Below are positions 39,651 through 53,696 of a stretch of DNA of 64,000 bases, piece by piece. The stretch is from Octopus bimaculoides (lineage: Eukaryota). The DNA is taken from NCBI RefSeq assembly GCF_001194135.2, contig NC_068981.1:89201884-89265883 (forward strand), written 5' to 3'. A program made the position numbers and the translations under genes. The stretch's first letter is position 1; every line of letters begins with the position of its first letter. Below the pieces are notes generated by a model. That model was not told the origin of the DNA and made no database searches. It was given only the letters and a program-made list of their open reading frames with translations.

Positions 39651-40640
39651 TACGAGGCTGAAAAGTTCATAGGCTGATAAAAGTAATCTCATGGAATGTG
39701 ACCAAATGAGATTTATTTATTGGTAAAGAAGCTTTCATCCGGTTGGTCAAAAATGTCATCAACAGTAGATATAACGACATTATCAATGCAATACTAGTTC
39801 CTAGTCGAGTGGCTTATTTATTTTTTTTTTGAAGTTGTGGAACAGATGATAGTCAGATAGGGCCACGTCAGGAGAAGATAAGGCGGGAGAATAATCAGCC
39901 AAACACAGCAGCCATTGAATTGAAAGACTTGTGTACTGGAGCATTGTCTTTATGAAACAAGACTCCTTTCGTCACTTTTCCGGGCTATTTGGTCTTGATA
40001 GTCCTTCTTACCTGTTTCAACTAGTTGCATAGTTCTCTCCATCGATGGTATAGCCTTTTTGAAGATAGCCATAAAGGCAATGCCTTTTTCATCCACCAAA
40101 ACTGAAGCCATCACCTTATCTGCAGATGAACGACCTTGGCCTTTGGAAGAGGTGAGTAGTGGTGTTTCCACTGCATGAATTGTCTCTTTGTCTCTGGCTC
40201 AAAGTCATACACCTAACACTCATCCTGGGTTAGGTGCGCTGTTGATCAGGTGTCAGAACACGTGGCATACACGGAACAGAAACCCTCGTCATGCAAAGTT
40301 CATTCTGAAAAATATGTTCAACTCTCACGGCATACGCTAATAGCATTACATTGTCTATCGCCTGCCATCCATCACCATGTGATGAACATGATCAATGTTT
40401 TTCTCAGTGGTCACAATTGCAGGACGTACTTCTAGATCTTGGGTCATCTTCAAGACTCCCCCTTCTCCTAAATTCAGCTGCCCACTTTTGCACTGTCGAT
40501 AAAGCTGGAGTCCCATTCCCGAATGTAGCTAGCATGTCAGCATTAATATCTTTGAGGGATAAACACTTTTTCTCCAGGTAATTGATAACACTCTCGAACG
40601 ATGCTAATATTTGGCCATTTTCAAGAGAAATCGCTACTAG
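39651..40640 (-). mobile_element. Decayed mariner transposon (transposase relic, one recognisable terminal repeat)
   Basis: Minus: LSLKDINADMLATFGNGTPALSTVQKWAAEF..SLEDDPRS...SADKVMASVLVDEKGI...FHKDNAPVHKS...SPDVA.SDYHLF. A mariner-like end (tacgaggctgaaaagttcataggctga) lies at 39651. Confidence 0.88.
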
Positions 40641-41757
40641 TTAGTTAGTTAGTTTGAAGTCTTCTTTGGACAGTCATATGTCGATCTACCTGGAGAGAAA
40701 CAATGGATTTATCAATACAAAGAATTAAAATTAACGCATGCAAGATTTCAAAGTTTTAGCGTCACTCCTTCATAATCGGCTAATGAACTTTGCATCCCAC
40801 CCTCGTAGACACATATAATAAAAACGATACATTCACACAGGCATACACAGGCATGGGATTATATATACATGGCGTAAGTCAACACTTATATTATATAAGT
40901 ACAACTACTTCTTGGAAAGTTGTAAAGTTCTTGGATATCAACATAGAAAACTGCAAAGAGAATGTGACCGTCGACCATCAATGCTAGGCCCATTCCGATT
41001 AACAGACGAATGGTACTAGCCTTAGAAAAGGCTGCTAAGTGAATCGATGCACCATTTAATTTCGAGATTTTATGCAAACCTTCTCTGTAGATACAAAATA
41101 AATCTAATCTAGTCGAATGAATGAAATAATATTTCTTTAGTTGGAGCAATGTTAGATTATTACCTAATGAAATCCTGTAAAGTAATTTGTTTACTGTCTA
41201 CGTGTAAAATCATTTTGTTCTTTCAGAAAGAGGTGAAAGTAAGCCACAAATAACACAAGCCGCCTACATTTACATATTTCGAGTTGATAAAGCTCATACG
41301 TTTTACAAATCACACCACTGTAGGAACTTGGTTTTTCATAGTGTGATTTCCCAGAATTTCTTGCTCGTAAGTTTTAACGTCTGCAAGTGGCGTACCACAG
41401 ACTGGAACTGCTATGACATGAAGGATACTTTTAGCATCAGTGTGTTGTTTTTTCTACAAAGGGCCTAAAACTTACAGGTGTCATGTGGCGCAAATTTTCA
41501 CCATGGCAAATAATTCTGTCCTGTTCAATATTCGCCGATCCATCGTTGGTTTAATCTCTCATTTTGACATACATACACGTACATATATACAAATATACAT
41601 ATATATATATATATGTATATATCTATCTATATATATATATATATATATATGCGTGTGCGTGAGTGTGTGTGTGTGTGTGTGTCTGTGTGTATGTGCCCGC
41701 GCGCGTATATGTATATATTTCTCTCGCTCTCTCTTTCTCTCTGTATATGTATGTATA

Positions 41758-41817
<60 letters not shown>

Positions 41818-43626
41818 AGTGAGTGTGTGTGTCTGTGTGTATGTGTGTGTGTAAAGTATCTTTTTTTTTCTTTTAATTTGATTTAATTTTGACTGGCAAA
41901 CCACTTGGTGGTAGCAAGGTTTGAAGGAAACAGTTTATTCGTTAAGACCAATATAACATACAATCACACCTAAATTCAGAAATATCTTTTACTCATCTCT
42001 CTATTAACATATTTCACTGTTTTAATATTTGAATGCTTCAATTGGAGTAGTAATAAACACAATACTGGCATTGTTCCTCATGTGGGCTAAATACTTTAAA
42101 GTGCAAGACAAACAAGGTGTGTTTCAGTGAGTTATTTGGGTTAGATTGTCGCGTATTAATACACTTTAGGTTTGGCATGTCATGAAACAAGTGGAAAGCA
42201 GTAAGTTTCAAGAGGGGCAATATGCAATCTTTACTCCTTAACCCGTTCTAAACTACAGATATATTCAGGATTTTATCAATTGTGGCTATGCATGACTAAT
42301 GTGATGTCTGAGTACAGACATTTGTGTTTACTTGTAATTATTGTTTTTAGTACTAAGACAACCCTGATGAAATAATCTTATGATCGAAGCATTGCAACCG
42401 TGATAAAGAGGTCCTTTATCCAGTTTTCAATTAATTTGCTCATCTTATCTTGGACGGTAGTGTGATTTAGTGGAATTTTCTCAGAATTCGAACGACAGTA
42501 GTCTCTTCACAAAGTTTTGATTAGAGGTGACAACAAGTTGTGAATTGTGGCTATATTAGTAATGAACATGTAAATTTACATCAACCATAATCAGTATGAT
42601 TTCATATTTTGTAATGAATACAGTATTCTCGTATTATAGACTCTATAAAGGTGTAGAAAAATCAGTGTTAAATTAAAATAGTTACAGCATGAAGGAAATA
42701 TTGAAACTACTGTTATGTTATCTTCTTGAAGAAGACCATCAATTATTTATTGCTGCGTCGATACAATAGTCTATTGAGATATTCTATGACGTTGTATATT
42801 GTTGATATCACATCAAAATACGATCCACATGTCTGACGATTGTTACCTGTTAGTTCAGCAAGTGGATAATTTTATTCGCGATCGTGATTCCGTGTATGGT
42901 TACTTGACATACTATGTTACTTTAACGCATAATTACCACAAAATTTATCACGGTATGTGTGACGCTGCTTCATATAGTTTAGACACATTCTCATTTTTAA
43001 TTTTATCTTATTTTATTCTATTAAAGGAATGTAAGATACTTCTTGTAGCTGGCAGTAATTTTGAAAAAGCGTGTCTTTTCGTACTTGACCTCATTTGCAG
43101 ATATTATACTACCCGAATGCTTTCACCAATAACGTGCTGAACGAATCTAGAATTTCGTAAAATCATAAAGCTGATAGAGAAAATGCCTGTGACTTCCTGA
43201 ATGAAATATTCTGACATAATTGAAGAAACTAAAAAATAATGGGAGAAAATTTTTTTTTTAAATAAAACTAGAAAAAAACTACGTTCTCGTAAAGTAGATA
43301 ATGCAACTAGCTAAAAGTAGCTGGCAGTACCAATGATAATAAATTGTTAGAGAGACTGACGTTACGACTGTTCTAAAACATAAGAGTATTACGAAAATAA
43401 TGAGAGGAGAAAAGATAATGGAGAAATATAATACGAAAAATAAAAGATAGGAAGAAAAGTTGTAAAAGAAAATGGAAGAAAATGAAATAAAAATGTGATT
43501 GGTCGAACAAAATATGAAAATAAAGAAAAAAACCCAGAACATTAAACGAAATTAAAAGAATAAAAAAGAAATTCATTAAAAAGCACAGTAAAAATAATAC
43601 TGTCAATAGACAAATTATTGAAGTGA

Positions 43627-43665
43627 AAATGGATATCACGTGTTGGAAACACGTGATATCCATTT
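43627..43665. repeat. Perfect 18-bp-stem hairpin with a GGA loop
   Basis: AAATGGATATCACGTGTT-GGA-AACACGTGATATCCATTT. Confidence 0.92.
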
Positions 43666-44282
43666 AACGTGGACAACGCATGTTTATAGTGTTCCTTCAA
43701 ATAGTGAACCTTTCAGAATAATAGTCTCAAGCGGTTTTAAAATCGTCTCCGTGAACTGCTGAATTGTTTAACCCCTGATGAAGAAAACCAATGATCCGGA
43801 GGTATTCCATCCCTTTTGAGAGGCACATTATATGTAGTTTCGGTTATCCGATGTAGTCCTGTTTTAAAACACATTCATAGTGCATTGTTACGAAATTCTG
43901 GTAACTCTAGCGATCACGTGGATGCTCTCTTGTTTCAAAACAATTAGTAGATCAGCCGAGAAAATGCTTTTCATTCTTTAACTATGTGTGTTCGATTGTT
44001 CATACATCAACGCGTGCCTAGATAAGTGGCTGGCTGTGAGTACACGTCACTGAGAATGTCCAAGTAGGTAAAAACGCATCTGGCGTGTTTGCTAGCCATT
44101 GCTGGGGTGATTTTCGGATTCCATCCTATATATATAATCTGTTTGTCATATACAACACGTCTATAAGAGATATCTGTGGACAAATAGGACGAATAGATAA
44201 GTAACTCGCCTTTCAATGATGATTTTACTTTGAATTTGGTATGTGGCTATTTTAATTTGATAATGCTTGGATTGCACATAAA

Positions 44283-44318
<36 letters not shown>

Positions 44319-44324
44319 GTAAAA

Positions 44325-44790
44325 ACTCAGAAAAGTCAAGAAAACGGATAGGTTTGTGGCACATCAACTGAACGAGATTCAAAAAAACAGAGGTCTCGAA
44401 GTGTGATCCTTATTGCTCTCTCGATGGGAAAGAGACCATTTTTGCATCAAATCATTACTTGTGATGAAAAATGGGTACTCTTGACAACAGCAGGAGAACA
44501 GGACAGTTGCAAGAGAGTCACCTAAATACTACCCAAACCCACCATTGCACACTAAAATGTTAGTGGCCACTGTATGGTGGTTTGAGAAAGGATTTATTCA
44601 TTATTCATTTTTGCAACAATGTAAAACGGTGACAGCAGCATCATATTGTCAGGAAATTGATTGCATGCATGAGAATTTGAAAAAGAAGCAACCCAAACTA
44701 GTGAATAGAGAAGGCCCAATTTTGCTCCGCGACAATGCACGTGCTCACACTCATCAAGCTACGGTGCAACAGTTGCAAAGCCTGAATTAT
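44325..44790 (+). mobile_element. Mariner transposase fragment (catalytic domain N-half)
   Basis: FVAHQLNEIQKNR...FLHQIITCDEKWV...LHTKMLVATVWWFEKGFIHYSFLQQCKTVTAASYCQEID...GPILLRDNARAH. It stops at a PLE insertion. Confidence 0.9.
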
Positions 44791-45050
<260 letters not shown>

Positions 45051-45287
45051 AATTTTAATGTCATGAATAGCGAAAGCGAAATCCGGTCGACAAACACAAT
45101 ACAAGATATGTTAAAAATTATATTGAAACTATGTAAAGTGTGTGTATTTTCCTTCTTTAATGTCTTATATATATTACAGCTCACCACGTGGGGATAATCG
45201 AAATTCCTCCCTTTCTGTTACTATATACATATATGTGTGTCTGTGTGTATGTGTATATATATGCTTATACATATAAATACATATACG

Positions 45288-45325
<38 letters not shown>

Positions 45326-45409
45326 CATATACCTACATGCACACACACACACACACACACTCTCTCTCTCTCTCTCACACATACACATACACACACATAT
45401 ATTTAGGTA

Positions 45410-46441
45410 CAATGGGTAAATTATCACTGTTTTATAATTTTAATTTCGTGCATGCGCATTTTTGTTTTTGATTTTGTCAACTACACTGTATAATAGGGTC
45501 GGTTGGACATTCTTTATGAGAAAAGCAGCACCATCACACCATCCACTTTGTCGGAAATTTGGAAACGACATGCTGTATAGCTTGGTATTTGTGCCGGAAG
45601 CTCCGACACGAACATTTCAGTGTGTTTGGCTGTCAAACTGAGGACAATGCAGAGGATTTGGAAAGAGTTGGAAGAGTCAAATGTTGATCACGAAGGTACA
45701 ACACCTCGGAAAACTCACTCTGATCCTTCAGATAAGAAAAGAACTTGAATTTATTGGTGAGATCGAGGCCTTGATTGACAACAATCCCTCCAAGTCAATC
45801 AAGTCCTCGCCAGGGACATGGGATTGTCTGAATTTTGTATCAGACAGGTAGTGCATGAAGACATTCGGTATTCCTCATACAAGATGAAAAAGGGCCAATT
45901 TTTATACCAAGACATACAGGACAAAAGGAAATCCTGCACTGTGATGGTTTGAACAAACTCAACCATCCCCTCCAACCGAACGTGGTTCGTTTCTCAGACG
46001 AGAAAATTTCTTCCAGCATCAGATGCTGAACACACAGAACAACAATTGGATTGCCATGTCCCCAAAACATGTACTGGCAGTGATAAGAATCAAACATCCA
46101 GTGATAAGTATCAAATATGGTGTTTGGAGTGATCTCTATGTGTAGGGCGCAGTTGGACAAGAGACCAACAAAATTCCTTGTACATCAAAGGTGAACTGAA
46201 GGTAAGGTTTATGGCAGCATTCACCAACTTAAACAAAGAGTCCGTCCACAAGAGTTGCAGGAGCTTCCGAAGTCGTTTGGAGGCCATGGTTGACGCCAAT
46301 GGCGATTATATTAGATAAATTTACTCTTTAGTATTTCAAGATATATTTTAAGTAATTTTGGTAAATATATCTGCTAAAATGAGATGTCGGGGTTATTTTC
46401 ATTTTTACGTAATTAAGACAATTTATTCACCACATCCTGTA
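45410..46441 (+). mobile_element. Internally deleted Tc1/mariner-superfamily element, maT (DD37D)-like
   Basis: HTH region IEALIDNNPSKSI...IRQVVHEDIRY, then FSDEK.F...QN...KHPV..MVFGVIS and C-terminal FRSRLEAMVDANGDYI*. The right end is ...attcaccacatcctg TA. The subfamily is inferred from motif style only. Confidence 0.75.
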
Positions 46442-46519
46442 CATACATACATACACACACATACATACATACATACATACATACACACACACAAACACAC
46501 ACACACACAAACACACACT

Positions 46520-46567
<48 letters not shown>

Positions 46568-46633
46568 AAACTATGTNNNNNNNNNNNNNNNNNNNNNNNN
46601 NNNNNNNNNNNNNNNNNNNNNNNNNNNNNNNNN

Positions 46634-46675
<42 letters not shown>

Positions 46676-47343
46676 ACTTAGCTTCAGTCACAAAATGAAA
46701 GCGACGTAGCGCATAAAATAATCAACTCATGAGAAATATATAAACAGAATAAAAAAAGAAAAATTTATCTCAAAAGTAACAGAACAGTCTTCAAAACTTT
46801 AATGTTTAGTTATCTATTTGTGAAACTAAAAGGTATCTAAACATGGAATTTACAGCGTGGGGCTGTCTGTGTTGCTTCGTATATCACATAATATATTTCA
46901 TAGTTCTCCAAGAGCAATCTGTAACTGTCCAGTTAATATCATATTATTTGGTAGTTGTAAATAAAACAGTAAAAATGTATTAATAATACGACTTATATTT
47001 GGGGTAAAAGAAACAATAAAACGTGGTGACTACAATGTATTTTAATATAGCACCAAATCACTTTCGTTAGCTATTTTGGAAAATGTTTAGCTTCTTATGT
47101 GAATATGTATTTCTGTTACTTGAGATATTTTGGACTGTGTTTGCTTTAGTAACATATTAATGTATTTCATTAGTTACATGTTGCATCACTTCCGTTTTGC
47201 AGCGAGGTGCAAGTTAATTTTCATATGAGTTTCGGCAGGATTCTGTTCAATATGCTTCAATGAGTTGTGTAGCTATACAACGAAAGAATTTAGTGTGTGG
47301 TGTGTGAGTACATGTGTATAGGCTTGGTTGTACACACAGAGAC

Positions 47344-47410
<67 letters not shown>

Positions 47411-48323
47411 AATTATAAAAAAAATTGCTGCAGTATTAAAAATGGTCATCGCACACATTCGTTGAGATGAACAATCTCTCAACTATAGTATCGGTAAGAC
47501 TTGCTGAAGAGGAACTAAGGGTATTACTGAAAGTTCGAAATAACGGTGGTACGGGTATGTCTGACTTATTCAATTTTCGATTATTTTCCTCATTGGTACG
47601 AGGACTTAGTGTTTTTGGTCATTTGCCCGCTTTCACCTATTTTGACTGCTATTTTACTGCTATTTTACTGCCTGTTAGTACCCTCAATTACACACACATA
47701 AACAAACACACACACACACACATATACATATATACATATATATATATACGCATATATAACTATTTGTATGTATGTATATACATGACTATATATATATATA
47801 TATATATANNNNNNNNNNNNNNNNNNNNNNNNNNNNNNNNNNNNNNNNNNNNNNNNNNNNNNNNNNNNNNNNNNNNNNNNNNNNNNNNNNNNNNNNNNNN
47901 NNNNNNNNNNNNNNNNNNNNNNNNNNNNNNNNNNNNNNNNNNNNNNNNNNNNNNNNNNNNNNNNNNNNNNNNNNNNNNNNNNNNNNNNNNNNNNNNNNNN
48001 NNNNNNNNNNNNNNNNNNNNNNNNNNNNNNNNNNNNNNNNNNNNNNNNNNNNNNNNNNNNNNNNNNNNNNNNNNNNNNNNNNNNNNNNNNNNNNNNNNNN
48101 NNNNNNNNNNNNNNNNNNNNNNNNNNNNNNNNNNNNNNNNNNNNNNNNNNNNNNNNNNNNNNNNNNNNNNNNNNNNNNNNNNNNNNNNNNNNNNNNNNNN
48201 NNNNNNNNNNNNNNNNNNNNNNNNNNNNNNNNNNNNNNNNNNNNNNNNNNNNNNNNNNNNNNNNNNNNNNNNNNNNNNNNNNNNNNNNNNNNNNNNNNNN
48301 NNNNNNNNNNNNNNNNNNNNNNN

Positions 48324-48365
<42 letters not shown>

Positions 48366-48741
48366 TGCCTCTGCCAAAAGTAACCTCGTTATAGTTTGAC
48401 AAGATAACAATGAGGTAATATTTCAAGTTATTATATCAAAATTAAGTATATAACGTTTTGTAATATTGAATAAATAATACAAGGCGAAATATGTTATAAA
48501 CATTAGAAAATGAAATAGAAATAGTTGTCAGTATTTGCTTAATGATTTAAAATCTTTTTTTATATTTTACTAGAAAAAAAGTTTACTTATTGATTTTTGC
48601 TGTTGTGACATGCTTTCGTTCCTGCATATTGATGAAGTAGGAAAAGTTAAAATTTGGTTTCTGAGCTCTCTGTTTATAATAAGTACTTATTGAATCTAGC
48701 TTTTGTAGTGTTTGGATCAGGTATTTGTTATTGGTGAACCT

Positions 48742-49073
48742 CTATACGCGTTCTAAGTGACACGGTTGTTTAGTCATGGATATCCATGGGATTGCACCTA
48801 GAAAGTTCCCCTCTGTGGCACATGTCCGAGCAAGGTTGTTTGTGAAATGCCAGCAGTCTCCCTTCTCCACGCCACCGATGTTATCTAAGGGAAAGGCAGA
48901 TGTCGATACAGCTTGGCACCAGCGATGTCGCAACTCATTTCTACAGCGGAGTGATCTGGAGAAACGGGAAATAAAGTGTCTTGCTCAAGAACACAACACG
49001 CAGCCCGGTCCGAGAATTGAACTCACCACCTCACGATCATAAGCTCGATGCTCTAACCACAGAGCCATGCGCC

Positions 49074-49078
<5 letters not shown>
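48742..49078 (-). mobile_element. tRNA-derived SINE
   Basis: Head gtgaaggcgcatggctctgtggttagagcatcgagcttatgatcgtgaggtggtgagttcaattctcgg, then cgtgttgtgttcttgagcaagacactttatttc. Confidence 0.8.
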
Positions 49079-49142
<64 letters not shown>

Positions 49143-49264
49143 ACACACACACACATATATACGAATTCGCGTTGCAAGATTCGATGTGAAACACTGTTGG
49201 AACAAATATTATTGTATGTTGGAATGGTCATTTTTCTTTCCCGAATAAATGACGCACTTTATAT

Positions 49265-49470
49265 ACCGAATGTCTTCATGCACTATCTGCCTGATAAGAA
49301 ACTCAGAGACTGTCCTGTCCCTGGCGATGGACCTGATTGACTTGGAGGGGTCGTTGTCAATCATGGCTTGTATTTCCTCAACATATGCAGTAGTTCTTTT
49401 CTTATCAGAAGGATGATAGTAAGTTTTCCTTTCTGCCGTACCTTCGTAATCGCCATTAGACTAATCCAAC
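49265..49470 (-). mobile_element. Fragment of the same maT-like family
   Basis: Minus: EEIQAMIDNDPSKSIRSIARDRTVSEFLIRQIVHEDIRY, homologous to 45720-45870. Confidence 0.75.
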
Positions 49471-49569
49471 GTTTTAGTAATGGAATCGATATACTTGAAT
49501 ATACTCTTCATAAAATAGTTGGTCTTATAATGATTAATATCTATATTATCGTAAATTATAAAGCGAAGA

Positions 49570-49725
49570 GCTAGCAGAATCGTTAGCATACTTGACAAAA
49601 TGCTTGACCGTATTTTGTCTGCCTCCATGCTCTGAGTTCAAATTTGCCTTTCATCATTTCGAGGTCAATAAAGTAGGTACCAGAAAAAGGATGGAGTCGA
49701 TGTAATCGACTTAGCCGCTCCCTAT
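49570..49725 (+). mobile_element. Same abundant SINE-like family
   Basis: gagctagcagaatcgttagc...ctgagttcaaatttgcctttcatcatttcgaggtcaataaagtaggtaccag. Confidence 0.7.
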
Positions 49726-51189
49726 CCTTTGAAGTCAATTTTCCCTCAAATGATTCAAATGATGGATGTGTATGTTAGAAGGTATAGAGAACGTATGAAA
49801 GAGCGAGGCATGATCGTTACTGTGATTGGCGCACATTCATAAGACGAGGGTTCAATTCCTGGATTGAGTGGCGCCTTGTGTCCTTCGACCAGGCGTTTTC
49901 TTTCATATCGCTCTAGCCTTCTCAGCTGTAATGTGTAGCAACCAGATTTCTAATGCAGCATTCTTTTCACATCCTAGATGTTTCGCTGGTACAAAGGCCG
50001 ATAAGTAATTGGGGGAGAGGTGATACAAATTATCTAACCTATATTGTATTAAAGTTATCTTTGTATTTTTAGATTAGTCGTTTTGTCTTCCGAGTTCAAA
50101 ATCAACCGGTGTTGGTTTTGGTCTGTATCCTTCATTGCTCAATAAACAGTAAGATAAACCAGATATGAACTCGGGTGATTTTAATTAATTGCACTTAAGT
50201 CTTATATATGATGGCCTTGCATGGGAATAAATCAATATTGCATTTAATAAAAGGACGATAGATATCAGAATATGTAGAGCACCGGAGAAAATGCTTGATA
50301 GTTCAGACTTTATAATTGTCAACTTCATCCTTATTCGTTGTATCGTCAGTAACCTAATTAGCAGTCATGTTTCTAGTATAAGCATAAACACATATATCGT
50401 TTCCTTGTTCTGTGAGACCGTTTTAGCATGGCCTATAAATCCTTTTGGCTATAAATAATATATTCCGAAATATGTTTCCCCCACTTTATATCATTGCTAT
50501 AAATAATAATTGTTTCCACTTTTTTCATTTTAATACGCTTTTCTTTCTGCTCACGAACACGAATAAATCACTAATTAAAAGAAGGGTGCCAGAATGGTAA
50601 ATAACAAATATAAATAAAATAGAAAAATAATGAAACACTACCAGAATAAATAATGCGAAGCGGTTACTAAAGCCAATCGATATATTTAGATATCATCAAA
50701 TCTATAAGATACATTTAATAGTATGTTATAAACGATTTCAACGGTGCTTCTTTGGTTTCTCTTCCCAGTTTTACTTTTCTGGTTTTCCATTCCTTTGCAT
50801 TTTATCAGCAAACCCGATTCTAACAATATATGTGACCTTACTGAACTTATCGACAGAATTTAAGCAACGACAGTCTCACAGGTTGGGTACACGTGTGTAT
50901 AAAGATGTATTCGTACTTTCACACAATATGTTAGTGTGTGTTCACACACATACATGCACACACACATTCTTATATTTTAGATTTTATAAGTGACTGTTTA
51001 ATCATACCATGTAGAAAAGAAGACTTGGAACTGTCTGAATTTGAATGAGACTATATTGTGGGTCAATCTGAATTTGGACATAATCAGTGTAAAATAGCAG
51101 CAAATCTAGACATCCCGCTTTCTACAGAGAATAAATGTGGAAACGAAATACTGTACCGTTTAGAAGCTCACATACCAACATTTCAGAGT

Positions 51190-51456
51190 ATTTGTGTGTC
51201 AATCCGAAGAGAGTGCTGAGGATGCGAGTGTCTGAGTTTCTTATCAAACAATTAGTCCATGAAAAAATTCGGTATTACTCATACAAGATCAGAGAGGGAT
51301 AATTTTTATCCCAAGTCATCGAAGACAAGACGAAAGACCGCACTACGAAGCAGTTGAACAAACTCAAGCATCCCCTCAAACCGAACGTGATTTGGTTTAT
51401 CTCACTGATAAAAATTCCTGCACAACATAACCGTTGGCTTGACGTGTCCCCAAAAT
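51190..51456 (+). mobile_element. Fragment of the same maT-like family
   Basis: Homologous to 45830-46070 (tctgagtttcttatcaaacaattagtccatgaa...aaactcaagcatcccctcaaaccgaacgtg...gtccccaaaa). Confidence 0.7.
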
Positions 51457-51599
51457 GTGTATGTATATGCATATATAAATATGTGTGCGAGTGTATGTAT
51501 GTGTATATATATATATATATNNNNNNNNNNNNNNNNNNNNNNNNNNNNNNNNNNNNNNNNNNNNNNNNNNNNNNNNNNNNNNNNNNNNNNNNNNNNNTA

Positions 51600-51665
<66 letters not shown>

Positions 51666-52107
51666 CATATGTGTGTGTAATTAAATGTGTAGGTATATAT
51701 GTATGTATATTTGTATGCATAATATATATAAATATATATATATGTGTGCATGCGTATGTGTGTGTATGTGTTTGTATGTATGTATGCATGTGTGCATGCA
51801 TTCAAGAGTTAAGAGGCATGTACATATATTGATATATTTATGTGTATATGTATATAAACGTCAGTAGCACTGTCCCTTATAGGACGGCACACTTGGATGG
51901 TAATTATATCTTACGATATATATATATACATATATATAGGTAAATGATAGGCTTGCCTCAATCCTTCATGGGTAGTCTGAAGCATCCAAGCAACCAGGGG
52001 ATGTTTAAATCCGGTGGCACTCCTGGGAATCACCTGTGCGGGTACCGTCTTGGTTAGAGGGCATCCAGAGGCAGGTAATTTATTGTTTAAACCGTAGTTT
52101 ATAATTA

Positions 52108-52371
52108 TATTTATGTGGAGAATGGAGCAACAAATACAAGAAGAAGCAATTCTGTTGGGCTAGTTAGCCGTTGTTTTATTATGTGGAGGTTATGTAATGA
52201 GTAATTGTGGAGGTTGAGGTTATGTAATGAGTCATTGTGGATGTTATGTAATAGTCATTTACGCACGTTTCAATTGACTCATTACATAACCACCACATAA
52301 TAAAACAACGGCTAACTAGCCCAACAGAATTGCTTCTTCTTGTATTTGTTGCTCCATTCTCCACATAAATA
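52108..52371. repeat. Long inverted repeat (foldback): 95-bp arms with a 74-bp spacer
   Basis: 52108-52202 is the reverse complement of 52277-52371 with one mismatch by manual alignment. Confidence 0.92.
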
Positions 52372-52384
52372 AATAAATAAATAA

Positions 52385-52428
<44 letters not shown>

Positions 52429-53644
52429 GCGATCATACAAAACCCTTTTTTATATTATTTTATTTTTATTTTTATTTTTATTCACACACACGCGCGCGCG
52501 CGCACACACACACACACACATATATATGATCCTTCCCCCCATCGCCTGTTACTTTCGCTTGGCCGACCATTGCATTTTAAAACTCACTCTCTTTGCCCTT
52601 GCTCTGTATCATGTACCCACCAAATATAGACTCCGTCTTGAACAGCTTTACATTTTCACTCTACGTACTCAAACTCCGTTCGAACTCAACACAAGCCCTT
52701 CCTCTTGGTGACTTTCTCCACAACTTTTCTGAAAAAAACATTTTACTCTATCTTAGTTTTAATTCGTTTATTTCATTATTTTTAAAATTATATGTTTTTT
52801 AATTTTTATAATTTTTATTTATTTTTGTTGCTGACTTGTCTCGTTTGTGATTCTCAATTTTTTTCCGTTACTGTTCACACAGTCTTTATTATTACTAAGT
52901 TTTATATTCATTATTTATTTGAAATTTTCATTGTTTATATGCCTATAACACACACCACACAACATACACACACCAGCGTGCGCAAAACACATACCAGACC
53001 CGTACACACGCCCCACACACTGCTACGGGTCTGCACACACACGCACATACTCGCCCCACAAATAATACCTATATCGTTGGCTACATCAACGAACAGACAC
53101 ACACGCCACCTCACCCCTCTCTCCCTCTCATGTATGCTCATATCATACACACATACACACATATACATGCACGTATATATACTTCTCCACACTCTCACAC
53201 GCACATAGGCAAACACACATACCCACACGAACACACCCACTCACAGTCATATATATAGAGAGAGCAAGAAAGTGATACAGACAGACAAACGCGCACACAC
53301 AACTATACATATATGAAAACACACTTTCCCACTCCGTCTATGCACATGCTAATACACGCATCGCCACCCCACCATACACACAGCCACACTCACCCATCCA
53401 TGTACCCTTCAAACAACACACCCAAGCACCATCTCACCCCTCTCTCCCTCTCATGCACACACACAACACGCACGCAACACACACACATGCACACAGACGT
53501 ACATACACATACATAGACACTCACGCCAGGCGCACACACATAAGAACACATACACACACAAATATAAATATACCAAGAGAGAGTTGGAGACAGATGGTGA
53601 CACAGAAGCAAGGACACACACAGGCACTCATACACATGTGCACA

Positions 53645-53696
<52 letters not shown>

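Noticed and set aside
40886-41090. Minus ORF after a ctacag acceptor containing LLIGMGLALMVDGHILFAV, reminiscent of aquaporin TM5 (AIGxSVxxGHLFA)
   Set aside because: Spacing between the G and GH motifs is wrong, the preceding TM4/loop D pattern is absent, and there is no donor after FA; the acceptor lies in a locally duplicated repeat.
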